Shown: positions 1 to 7,848, counted from the first letter of the stretch. The stretch is 22,208 nt of DNA from Candidatus Micrarchaeota archaeon (GCA_043805855.1 JAZDHP010000044.1:1-22208); one strand, 5' to 3'. Notes: a model not told the origin generated them from the sequence alone. Made by a program: numbers and translations.

Positions 1-710
1 TTTTCTATTGATTTTTTAAACGCTGGTTTTAACAGCGCTTCAACTTCTTCTTTGGATAATCGCTTAGTTTGATCTGCGGTTATTACAATTGCGTCAACCC
101 CTTCGCCAGTTGCGCTATCTCGTTTCATCGCGGAATTTATAGCTTTTACAGCTAAACGAACCGCGTCGTCGCGCGTCATGTTATCCTTGTAGTACTCGTC
201 AAGTAAACCATACGCAGTTATACTGCCCGAACCAGTTGAAACATACTTCTCTGGAATTAAACCACCAAACGGATCTAAATCAAACAACGCAGGCTTTTCG
301 TCAAACCCGGCAACTATCAACTGCACCATATAAGGATAGTACTTGTTACCTTGCAAAACATTTGCAAGAAGCGTAGCAGCTGCCTGCACTGCCATTGGCT
401 TTCCCTTGGAATACTTGTAAAGTTCCAATTCAGCTTTCAGCAAGCGAACAAGCACCTGTGCGTCGCCAACGCCGCCTGCAATTGTAAGCGCCATCTTGTC
501 ACCAACAATGTGCACTTTGTCAACTTCTTTAGCTGCAATGAAACTGCCCATTGTAGCGCGCTTGTCAGCTGCAACTACAACTCCCTTGTCAAAAATAATC
601 CCAACAGTAGTTGTGCCCTTGAGAGGCTTATACTCAGGAACGTCCTTGGCAATTAAAGAAATAGCCTCAGGAGTAGCTATAAATGTCGAAAACGGAAAAC
701 CCTTGTCCAA
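1..710 (-). CDS. psmB: 20S proteasome beta subunit (3' end runs off the window)
   Basis: Translated by hand (absent from the ORF track): KG|TTTVGIIFDKGVVVAADKRATMG...AGGVGDAQ...STGSGS...AMKRDSATG. These are Ntn-hydrolase motifs, with catalytic Thr1 at 614-612. Likely TTG start at 710 with AAGGTG upstream; an in-frame TAA just upstream of GTG 722 limits the ORF. Confidence 0.96.
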   Translation of the reverse strand, partial: MDKGFPFSTFIATPEAISLIAKDVPEYKPLKGTTTVGIIFDKGVVVAADKRATMGSFIAAKEVDKVHIVGDKMALTIAGGVGDAQVLVRLLKAELELYKYSKGKPMAVQAAATLLANVLQGNKYYPYMVQLIVAGFDEKPALFDLDPFGGLIPEKYVSTGSGSITAYGLLDEYYKDNMTRDDAVRLAVKAINSAMKRDSATGEGVDAIVITADQTKRLSKEEVEALLKPAFKKSIE

Positions 711-815
711 ACTCGGATACACCTTTTTTTAAATTTTTAAAAACAAGCTCTGGCAAAATAACTAGCGAAAAAAAAATTGAACTAGTGGATTGCCAATAAC
801 TATATTACCCGTAAC

Positions 816-828
816 GTATTTAAACATT
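816..828 (-). promoter_or_regulatory. Putative TATA-box promoter of psmB (AATGTTTAAATAC on minus strand)
   Basis: TTTAAATA core about 105 nt upstream of the start codon. An identical 13-mer occurs upstream of the S-layer gene (5605-5617). Confidence 0.6.
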
Positions 829-850
829 TTGACAATGTGTTGAAACTACA

Positions 851-1492
851 TTAATCAGTTTGTTGCATTTTAGCCTTTTGAAACTCTTCATTGAACTTAA
901 CTGACTTTACTTCATCAATAAAAGTGAAAACCATTGCAATTGCCCGTCCCTTTTCAGCAATGTAACCTTGCTTTAGACACGCGTCGGAGTCAACAGTAAA
1001 TGTCGCGACTTTCGCTGTTTCGTCGTAAACCACTTTTGCTTTTTCGCCAAAAAACTGTTGCCCAATTGCGCTTACCTTTGCGCTGACTGTTGTCAAATCT
1101 TCAATAATCTTAAATTTGTATGAAATAGTTTTGCCTGCAAACTCGTGGTTAAAATCAACTCGAACCCGGCCTCCAGAAACACTCTGAACTCGGCACGGCA
1201 TATTATCCAATTCAAAAATCATGCCTTGAACTGGTTCAACACCTTGCTTTTTGAAAAGTTCAAGCGGAACAAGACGAACTAAATCAGCATTGCGCTCGCC
1301 ATAAGCTTTTGCAGGCGGAATAACAACTTCACTTTCCTTGCCAACTTCAGTCTTTTGCAACGCTTCATCTAAACCCGGCAGCACGTGATTTTTTCCAACA
1401 GCTACTACAAGCGCGCCTTTTGGCTTTTCAATAACCTTGCCGTCAACACTAGCTGAATATTCTAATTTAATTAACGAACCAACTTTAACCAT
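851..1492 (-). CDS. slyD: FKBP-type peptidyl-prolyl isomerase, archaeal long-type SlyD
   Basis: VLPGLDEAL, IPPAKAYGERN, insert-in-flap domain, SVSGGRVRVDFNHEFAGK, plus a C-terminal extension typical of long archaeal FKBPs. Confidence 0.93.
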   Translation of the reverse strand: MVKVGSLIKLEYSASVDGKVIEKPKGALVVAVGKNHVLPGLDEALQKTEVGKESEVVIPPAKAYGERNADLVRLVPLELFKKQGVEPVQGMIFELDNMPCRVQSVSGGRVRVDFNHEFAGKTISYKFKIIEDLTTVSAKVSAIGQQFFGEKAKVVYDETAKVATFTVDSDACLKQGYIAEKGRAIAMVFTFIDEVKSVKFNEEFQKAKMQQTD

Positions 1493-1522
1493 ATTTTTAC
1501 CACCAATTTTTTAAATATAAAT

Positions 1523-2770
1523 TTACTGCGGCAACTGCACTGAACTCTCGCGGCTAGTCACGTCGACAATTTGCCCTTCATTTACAAAAATTTGCGAAGT
1601 TAATTCAACAGTCTCGCCAATAGAAGTATTACCTGCAACTAGCGCCAAAACACTTGAATACGGCAACGTCATTCCCTTAATTGAAGTATTTACAAGAGTA
1701 ACATTCGCCTCGCGGGTTAAAAGCACATCAGAAGCTAACGCCGGCATGGTGCCATTAAACTCAACAAAGTAACGGCTAGACGGGAAAGAAACAAGCGAAA
1801 CATTTACAACGCCGGTTAAACTTCGTTCAACTGCGGCGCGATCGGAAAAGTTACCCATGTAAAGCATGAAATTAGAACCTTGTTTTTCAACATTAGTTAC
1901 AAAAGAAAAGTTCAACATTGACGCGTTTACACTTTCGGAAACATTTTGCAACACTACAAAATCTTTCGACACAATGTCATCGTTTGCAATTCCAGTAAAA
2001 CCACTTGGCTTAATTGAACGGTTTTCCCACTGAAGCGAAACAACTGCAACTTGCTTGCCAGTAAACAAAGATACAACTCCATTTAACAACGCAGTTTCAA
2101 CACTTTGCTGCGGTACAAACGGCTGTTCAATTAACAGCGAGCCAGGCACAAGCAACTCGCCTTGAGAAACAACTCGAAGGTAAGCTTCAACTACGCTGCC
2201 AACGCCGGCAGAACTGTCAGAAACCAGCGCAATTGGCCCGCGACCAAGCTGATCTTCGTAAAAATCAAGCTGCCGCTTTGAAACATTCGTCACATTACCA
2301 GACTTGTCACTCATTGATACAATTGTACTATTAAAAACAACACTTGCCTCGCGGAAAACTGCACCTTTACCACACGCTGAACTCTTCAACGCACTAGAGA
2401 AATTCCGCAGAAATACGCCGTCCGTTAAAGAAGAAACATTAACAACCCGCGCTAGGAAAATAGTTTCGTTTTGCGTTGTTCCAGTTTGCACTGGCTTACC
2501 TAAAAGTTCAGGAAACACTGGCAAAACAATCGAAGAATTGCTACACGTGAACAACATTGAACCAGTAAAGCTACGTATCACAAAAGGCGACGGTGCGCCA
2601 GTAGAAAATAACTCAACTTGACCAGCCGCAGAAGGAACATTGCCATTCCCATCACCAGGAGTAGATTGCGGCTGCTGGTACATGTAAACAATAAACAATT
2701 CAATTACAAACCCGGCAATTAACAAAATTGCAAAAGCTTTAACAATATTAGAACGGTTCAACAAAGACAT
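1523..2770 (-). CDS. Membrane-anchored surface protein of unknown function, probably N-glycosylated
   Basis: N-terminal hydrophobic helix (AFAILLIAGFVIELFIVYMY), beta-rich body and about 17 N-x-S/T sequons after the helix. ATG at 2770 preferred over the ORF-track start at 2791. Confidence 0.75.
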   Translation of the reverse strand: MSLLNRSNIVKAFAILLIAGFVIELFIVYMYQQPQSTPGDGNGNVPSAAGQVELFSTGAPSPFVIRSFTGSMLFTCSNSSIVLPVFPELLGKPVQTGTTQNETIFLARVVNVSSLTDGVFLRNFSSALKSSACGKGAVFREASVVFNSTIVSMSDKSGNVTNVSKRQLDFYEDQLGRGPIALVSDSSAGVGSVVEAYLRVVSQGELLVPGSLLIEQPFVPQQSVETALLNGVVSLFTGKQVAVVSLQWENRSIKPSGFTGIANDDIVSKDFVVLQNVSESVNASMLNFSFVTNVEKQGSNFMLYMGNFSDRAAVERSLTGVVNVSLVSFPSSRYFVEFNGTMPALASDVLLTREANVTLVNTSIKGMTLPYSSVLALVAGNTSIGETVELTSQIFVNEGQIVDVTSRESSVQLPQ

Positions 2771-2881
2771 AATAACAAAAAACACACTCAACTAAAGTTC
2801 AATATAGAAAACTAAGAAACGTAATTATTAATTAGCACAATATTTGAATAAAAAACAAACAGTTGGCTTCAAACGAGTAGA

Positions 2882-2943
2882 AATGAAAAAAATAAGAAAA
2901 ATAAGAAAAAAAAGAAAAAAGGAAAGGGGAATTTCACCCCTTT
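2882..2943 (-). terminator. Terminator of the S-layer gene: hairpin followed by a long U-tract
   Basis: Inverted repeat AAAGGGG (2923-2929)/CCCCTTT (2937-2943) 12 nt after the stop codon, followed on the minus strand by about 40 nt of T-rich sequence. Confidence 0.7.
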
Positions 2944-2955
2944 ATTTCAACGTAC

Positions 2956-5424
2956 CTAAACTGGATCCCAAGCTGCAAGGAAGCCAATCAACTCATCAGC
3001 TGCTGCTTGTGTATCTGCTGCAGTTCTTCCTGCGACACAAAGCTTGTTGCCTTCAACAGTGACAACTGCGCCTTCAGCGCCTTCGTCGCCGAGTTTAGCA
3101 CATTCAGTCATACTGGCTGCAACTGTGTTAACCCACGGTCCACCAATCACGATTTGTGGTTGAGCTGCGTCTGCCTCAGAGTCGAGGACAACTAACGGCT
3201 TGGTTGCTGTGTTCAACTGAGTAACAACTGCGCTACCAGAAGCAATTGCTGCGCCTGATGGAATTGTAATCTTAGTTCCACCAACGTCGCATGCTGTGCC
3301 AGTTGTGCAAGTTATTGTCGTAGTGCCAGCAGTCATGTTAGTGCCTTCAGTGCTCAAAACGTACTGTGCGCGGCCAACTGTATTTGCGTACTTTACAATA
3401 AATTCAGTTCCCGCTGGGGCAGTTGCTACATAGCTTCCACGTGGGGAGTAGTAAGGTACATCTCCAAAGAAGTTTGCAGTTTGGTCAGCTGCTGATCTTG
3501 CAATAGTCGTATAGTTGACCTTTCCAGTAGTTGTTACTGATGGACCATCGTATAAGTGAAGGTCTGTAGATGCGGTAGTACCACCTGCGGTTGTACCAAA
3601 AGCAGCGTAGACTGTAAAGTTACCGTCAACTGCTACTGAGCCACTGTCGTTCAAGATTTCCGGAATAGTGATGTTCATTGAAGAGGTGTTTCCAGGAATG
3701 TTAAATGTTCCTCGAGTGAAGTTACCATCCATAGTTGCGTTAATATACACGTAGGTATCTGAGCCAGTGCCAGGGTAGTAAAACTTAACCGCAGCTGCAT
3801 AACTTTTAACTCCCATTCCTGAATCTGTAGTGGTTCGATATGTTTGTGGCGCATCTGTTGCAGAAGATGAGTTTGTCCAGACACTACTTGCGTTTTGGTA
3901 AACAAAGTAACCAACATATTTACTACAAGCGCCGCCTACATCAGCAGTTCGGTTCTTAACCAAGAGCCTTACCTTGCTAGCTTGGTCGTTTCCAAATTTA
4001 AATGCATCAGCTCTAGAAGCAATAAACTCTACACCAGTATAGTCGCAAGTGACTGTAGTATTGTACCCAATTTGCATGGAATCTAAGTTACCAAAGGTAA
4101 GCTTCAACTCAGTATAATCTGTATCCTTTAAAGTTGATCCCTTATATGTCAATTTGTATCCGGGTGCGCCTTTTATAATGTCTAAAGAATCACCTGGGTT
4201 CAATGAAGTTGTTTCAAGATCGTTTCCAATTTGAATCCTAGTTATAGATGGAGAAGCAGATACGTTACTCGTTGTAAAGTACGTTTGCCACTTGCCATAA
4301 ATTGATTCGTCAATTGATGCGTTCTGTGATAATTTAAGTGAACCAGTTGCGAAGATAATTCTTGCAGTGCTATTTCCACTTTGAGTGTAGAACGAGTCTG
4401 GCACTTGTACGTAAAAGCTACCTAAAACTTTAACTGGCGCAGCTCCCGAAGTTACAGTAACGGTTTCAGCTGTTCCAGCTGCATTGGTTAAAACTAAGCC
4501 AATTGAAGATACTGAAGAAGATCCTTGCGGTGCTGACATTGAGTCAAGTTTAACTTTGTGTCCTTCTGGAGTTGTTATTACTGTTCCAACTGGAATAATT
4601 TGATCAACCGACGCTTTGGATAGTGTAAGTGTACTAATTGTATTTGGAGTAGTTGCAGTTGATTCAGTTATATGAGTAACTAAATAATCTGTACCTAAAA
4701 AGCGTACTTTTACTCCTGCACGATCTAGCCTCGAGTTTGTCGGGCATGCCCCAAGTCCATAAGTTGTGTCAAGACATGACGGTAAACCAGGGCTAAAGGT
4801 TAGAGAATACCATGCTGCTGGATTTCTCAATACATACTTATCAGCAGACGAGCTATAATCAGCCTGCCCAAAGAGATTTACGTATTCGCGTGAAGTTAAA
4901 GATCCAGAATACTTGCCCTTAGTATCAACAGTTCCATCTTTTACTAACGCAGTAGTTGTTGAGGAAATTTCCTTTACATTCATGTTTGCAAGATTGGAAT
5001 TATATGACGGTCTCGTGCCAGTTATATTATAAACTGTATCTGCACTGCTGTCAACTCTGTCGTCTCCAAAGAGTGATGTGAATCCATATGTTCCTGCTGG
5101 GACAGCGTTTGCTGCATTTGTAACTGAAACAGATACTGTTTGATTTGCAGTTGTTCCAGTTGTTGCTGCCGGCGTTGCTGTTGCGCTAGTTGTGTATGCT
5201 TTGTTTGCGATTGCAGCTGCGATGTTGCCTGCTGCGATTGCGTCAGACACGTCTGCTGCTGAACCGAGTACGATTTGTACTTGTGGCGTTCCGTTCGAGT
5301 ATAAACTCGGTACATAATTGCCGAGTCCTTCGTCGACGGTGACCGCTGCTGCTGCAAATGCTGTGCCGATTAAAGCTGCACCTGCTGCGATTGCGGCTAT
5401 TTTCTTGACATTTAAACTCTTCAT
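2956..5424 (-). CDS. Major S-layer protein (Methanococcales/Thermococcales-like S_layer_N and S_layer_C termini)
   Basis: Signal peptide MKSLNVKKIAAIAAGAALIG, N-terminal IVLGSAADVSDAIAAGNIAAAI, C-terminal PLVVLDSEAD...IVIGGPWVNTVA...VAGRTAADT. Thr/Ser/Ala-rich, with a GAGGTG SD motif. Confidence 0.92.
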   Translation of the reverse strand: MKSLNVKKIAAIAAGAALIGTAFAAAAVTVDEGLGNYVPSLYSNGTPQVQIVLGSAADVSDAIAAGNIAAAIANKAYTTSATATPAATTGTTANQTVSVSVTNAANAVPAGTYGFTSLFGDDRVDSSADTVYNITGTRPSYNSNLANMNVKEISSTTTALVKDGTVDTKGKYSGSLTSREYVNLFGQADYSSSADKYVLRNPAAWYSLTFSPGLPSCLDTTYGLGACPTNSRLDRAGVKVRFLGTDYLVTHITESTATTPNTISTLTLSKASVDQIIPVGTVITTPEGHKVKLDSMSAPQGSSSVSSIGLVLTNAAGTAETVTVTSGAAPVKVLGSFYVQVPDSFYTQSGNSTARIIFATGSLKLSQNASIDESIYGKWQTYFTTSNVSASPSITRIQIGNDLETTSLNPGDSLDIIKGAPGYKLTYKGSTLKDTDYTELKLTFGNLDSMQIGYNTTVTCDYTGVEFIASRADAFKFGNDQASKVRLLVKNRTADVGGACSKYVGYFVYQNASSVWTNSSSATDAPQTYRTTTDSGMGVKSYAAAVKFYYPGTGSDTYVYINATMDGNFTRGTFNIPGNTSSMNITIPEILNDSGSVAVDGNFTVYAAFGTTAGGTTASTDLHLYDGPSVTTTGKVNYTTIARSAADQTANFFGDVPYYSPRGSYVATAPAGTEFIVKYANTVGRAQYVLSTEGTNMTAGTTTITCTTGTACDVGGTKITIPSGAAIASGSAVVTQLNTATKPLVVLDSEADAAQPQIVIGGPWVNTVAASMTECAKLGDEGAEGAVVTVEGNKLCVAGRTAADTQAAADELIGFLAAWDPV

Positions 5425-5604
5425 TTCTTTTTATTCCACCTCAATGGATTTTCGGTTTTTTGTCTTTTAGGATTTCATTCCGTTTTTTGTTTTTTTCTAA
5501 AACCTTCAATGTTTTGATGAAGCCATCTCAACTCAGGTACAAACAATATACTGGTGGGATGGTGTCTTTCAAAGACTAAAACCAGTATGTTAAATGTAAC
5601 TAGG

Positions 5605-5617
5605 GTATTTAAACATT
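5605..5617 (-). promoter_or_regulatory. Putative TATA-box promoter of the S-layer gene, implying a 5' UTR of about 160 nt
   Basis: AATGTTTAAATAC on the minus strand, identical to the motif at 816-828. Confidence 0.55.
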
Positions 5618-5779
5618 ACGACTTTCGTCGATTGTACGAGAGTAGTTCGGCGATGAACTAAGTTGGTGTGAAATGTTCATACTTTACCTCTTGTGAAGAT
5701 ATAGAATAATAAGGTGAAGCGCAGTTAAAATATGAGCTAGATAGGCGCAAACAATTTAAACGAGGTTAGACGATAAGCG

Positions 5780-6076
5780 ATGTTATTGGAAGTTGTTAAT
5801 AATACTGAAAAGACAAGTAGCGGTGTTTTTGGACTTTCAACAGACGTTCAAGCCATTATAGTTGGACTGTTGCTTGTGCTTGTAGCTATTTTAGTGTTGT
5901 GGAAGATGCGTAAGTTCATTGTAAATTCAATTCTTGGCGTAATTGCGCTTTTCTTGTTGCAATTCGCAGGTATAACTATTCCGATAAACATAATCACTAT
6001 AATAGTAGCTGGGGTTTTGGGCTTAATTGGAGTAGGAATTATGGTTTTGCTAATTGTTTTAGGGTTTACTTTCTAG
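5780..6076 (+). CDS. Small membrane protein, BofA (pro-sigmaK processing inhibitor)-like family
   Basis: Three hydrophobic segments and the pattern NSILG...IPINIITIIVAGVLGLIGV, typical of BofA-family proteins. Confidence 0.72.
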   Translation: MLLEVVNNTEKTSSGVFGLSTDVQAIIVGLLLVLVAILVLWKMRKFIVNSILGVIALFLLQFAGITIPINIITIIVAGVLGLIGVGIMVLLIVLGFTF

Positions 6077-6105
6077 AATTCAGTTTTTAAGCCTTTATCT
6101 GGAAA

Positions 6106-6462
6106 CTACTTTTTAGCTTTGCTTTTCGGCGCCGGCAACTTTACGTAGTAGACGTCTGAATCAGTTCTTAGGATTACGGGGTCGCCGCGGAATAGCGCGG
6201 GTATGTTTAGCTCGTATGAACCTGGCTCTATTACTCTTATATTTTCCGGGTCGTCGAGATTTATCACAACTGGCTTTTCCTTGCTGAGCTCAATTAGTTG
6301 TTCAGTTATAAGTATTTCAGTAACTTTGGCAGTTGGCAGGCACATTGCTGGCGCGTCGGTTTTAATGAAGTAGAAAATTCTCGAGCCGCAAGTGCACCCT
6401 TTTAGAATTGCTTCTGACTGGTCAGGGTAGCTTTTGTTACATTTCACGCAGGAATGAGGCAT
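6106..6462 (-). CDS. oapC: Zn-ribbon origin-associated protein OapC (DUF2072-like)
   Basis: MPHSCVKC...ILKGCTCGSRIFYF N-terminus and ENIRVIEPGSYELNI C-terminal motif. Lies near oapB and oapA. Confidence 0.88.
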   Translation of the reverse strand: MPHSCVKCNKSYPDQSEAILKGCTCGSRIFYFIKTDAPAMCLPTAKVTEILITEQLIELSKEKPVVINLDDPENIRVIEPGSYELNIPALFRGDPVILRTDSDVYYVKLPAPKSKAKK

Positions 6463-6483
6463 AACAAAAATGAGAGCCAGAAG

Positions 6484-6491
6484 TTTAAATA
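6484..6491 (-). promoter_or_regulatory. TATA box for a leaderless oapC transcript
   Basis: TATTTAAA on the minus strand, 21 nt upstream of ATG 6462, with no SD motif. Confidence 0.5.
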
Positions 6492-6493
6492 AG

Positions 6494-6569
6494 CATAAGG
6501 CAAAGCCTTATGAATTAGACACAAAGCTAAGGGCTTTGTGCTGAAGGCCTGCGGCGACTGAGCGGCCTT
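6494..6569. repeat. Three tandem inverted repeats
   Basis: CATAAGGC-aaa-GCCTTATG (6494-6512); CACAAAGC-taagg-GCTTTGTG (6520-6540); AAGGCC...GGCCTT (6544-6569). Confidence 0.85.
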
Positions 6570-6606
6570 TTAAAGAGATAACGCTATCGGCGGCACTGTA
6601 AAGCAA

Positions 6607-7020
6607 TTAGCGAATCTTTGTCAAATCGCCGTTTATTATAATGGGGCGCGTTGCTTCGATTTCGCTCTTGTAAAATTGAATCTCTGGAATTGGATTCAAG
6701 AGAAAGATTTTCTTGTTTAAAACGTGTGCGAAGCCGATTTCGAGGAACGTGTTACCGCCAATGTAGTTTTTCACCCCGCGGCGATCATAATTTAGTACAA
6801 GTATGGCATCGCTTAGTTTGATTTTTTCCCAGAATTCGCGCATCGCGTCTTTTTCGTTTTTGTGATAAAGGGTTAGCTTTTCTTTTTCGCTTTCTGTTTT
6901 GCCAACGTAAGCGTCGGAAAATCCAGACACAAAAACAACGTGCCCCATTTCCTCAAGTTGCTTTTTAGTTTCAAGCATTTTCTCAGTGAAGACCATACTA
7001 GTGCAAATAGCGATTTTCAT
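6607..7020 (-). CDS. Nucleoside 2-deoxyribosyltransferase (NDT)-like Rossmannoid protein
   Basis: N-terminal strand KIAICTS, then SDAILVLN...YIGGNTFLEIGFAHVLNKKIF, matching the NDT pattern D-x(n)-G-T-x-x-E-x-G-x-A-x(3)-K with a candidate catalytic Glu. Confidence 0.65.
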   Translation of the reverse strand: MKIAICTSMVFTEKMLETKKQLEEMGHVVFVSGFSDAYVGKTESEKEKLTLYHKNEKDAMREFWEKIKLSDAILVLNYDRRGVKNYIGGNTFLEIGFAHVLNKKIFLLNPIPEIQFYKSEIEATRPIIINGDLTKIR

Positions 7021-7029
7021 TTTTTATTA

Positions 7030-7245
7030 TCACTTTAGCATTGGTGCGGCTTCTAGGTTTTTTATGTTTCGTAACTCGGCGATTTTGGCTTTGCCATTTG
7101 GCATTTCAAGTAACCGATCGTAAAACGCAAGTGCTTTTTGAAACTGCGCATCTATGAACTGGGAATGAATGCTTTTCCACTCGCCGTTGCTTTCCCTGAC
7201 ATGTTTAGCCCAGCGTTCAATTTGTTCTATTCTGCTTGGATCCAT
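7030..7245 (-). CDS. Small helical hypothetical protein, candidate partner or antitoxin of the nucleotidyltransferase
   Basis: 71 aa (IERWAKHVRESNGEWKSIHSQFIDAQF). Overlaps the upstream gene by 29 nt and ends 9 nt before the next start codon. Confidence 0.7.
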   Translation of the reverse strand: MDPSRIEQIERWAKHVRESNGEWKSIHSQFIDAQFQKALAFYDRLLEMPNGKAKIAELRNIKNLEAAPMLK

Positions 7246-7804
7246 TATTTAGCCTCAGTTTAATTATTAGTTGTTTTATACTATTTATCTTTTCTTCGTT
7301 TATTTGTCCTTCAAACACCCGTCTTAAATGTAATGCGTCTTCAAGATCCTTGTCACTTTTTAACAGTTCTTCTTTAAACGCAAGGTTATACTCAACTGAA
7401 CTGAACCAAACAGGTAGGCCAGTAATGGGAATTTTTATCCTTTCTTTTAACTGCATTTCATCTAGGATATCTTTAGCCATTTTTAGCTCTATTTCGGGCA
7501 ATACTTGATTTTTCAATATATAGCGAACTGGCAAATTGTCAGCCAAGTAAAGAGTATAAATGTGAGTTGGATCATTTGATTGCACGCATTCGAACCCTTC
7601 TTTTTCAAGGGCGTAATGCAAAGTTAGAAAGTCTGAAAGGGAAATTTTTTGCGTTATTATGTCAATGTCTTCAGTCCCTCGACTTCTTCCAGTTGAAATT
7701 GCCACGTACCCAGATACAACTATATACTCACAGTGACGTTCAAGTACGCTGCAGAATTTTATGCATACGTCGTCTAAAATGTTCCTGTCGCTTATGAGCC
7801 GCAT
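7217..7804 (-). CDS. Pol-beta superfamily nucleotidyltransferase (DUF2204/AbiEii-like)
   Basis: YIVVSGYVA...GRSRGTEDIDII (G-x-x-A...R-x-T-x-D-x-D), a third acidic strand PEIELK, and a C-terminal K...KDLEDA helix characteristic of this clade. Confidence 0.75.
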   Translation of the reverse strand: MRLISDRNILDDVCIKFCSVLERHCEYIVVSGYVAISTGRSRGTEDIDIITQKISLSDFLTLHYALEKEGFECVQSNDPTHIYTLYLADNLPVRYILKNQVLPEIELKMAKDILDEMQLKERIKIPITGLPVWFSSVEYNLAFKEELLKSDKDLEDALHLRRVFEGQINEEKINSIKQLIIKLRLNNGSKQNRTN

Positions 7805-7848
7805 AAATTACTTAGGATAATTAGATTAAAAATACCACAAGCAGCAGT

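Noticed and set aside
351..732. Plus-strand ORFs 351-656 and 496-732
   Set aside because: Antisense shadows of the proteasome beta gene, with no recognisable motifs.
2844..3062. Lys/Arg-rich 72-aa plus-strand ORF and short AAAATAAG repeats
   Set aside because: This is the translation of the A-tract that forms the S-layer terminator on the opposite strand.
5022..5357. Gln-rich 111-aa minus-strand ORF
   Set aside because: Alternative frame of the GCA/ACA-rich S-layer coding sequence.
5640..5665. GGCGATG hairpin resembling the start of a fluoride riboswitch
   Set aside because: The remaining consensus and pseudoknot are not found, and there is no fluoride-related gene downstream.
6463..6606. 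tRNA, CRISPR repeat or IS end in the hairpin-rich gap
   Set aside because: No cloverleaf or T-loop consensus, no repeat-spacer periodicity, and no transposase or target-site duplication seen.
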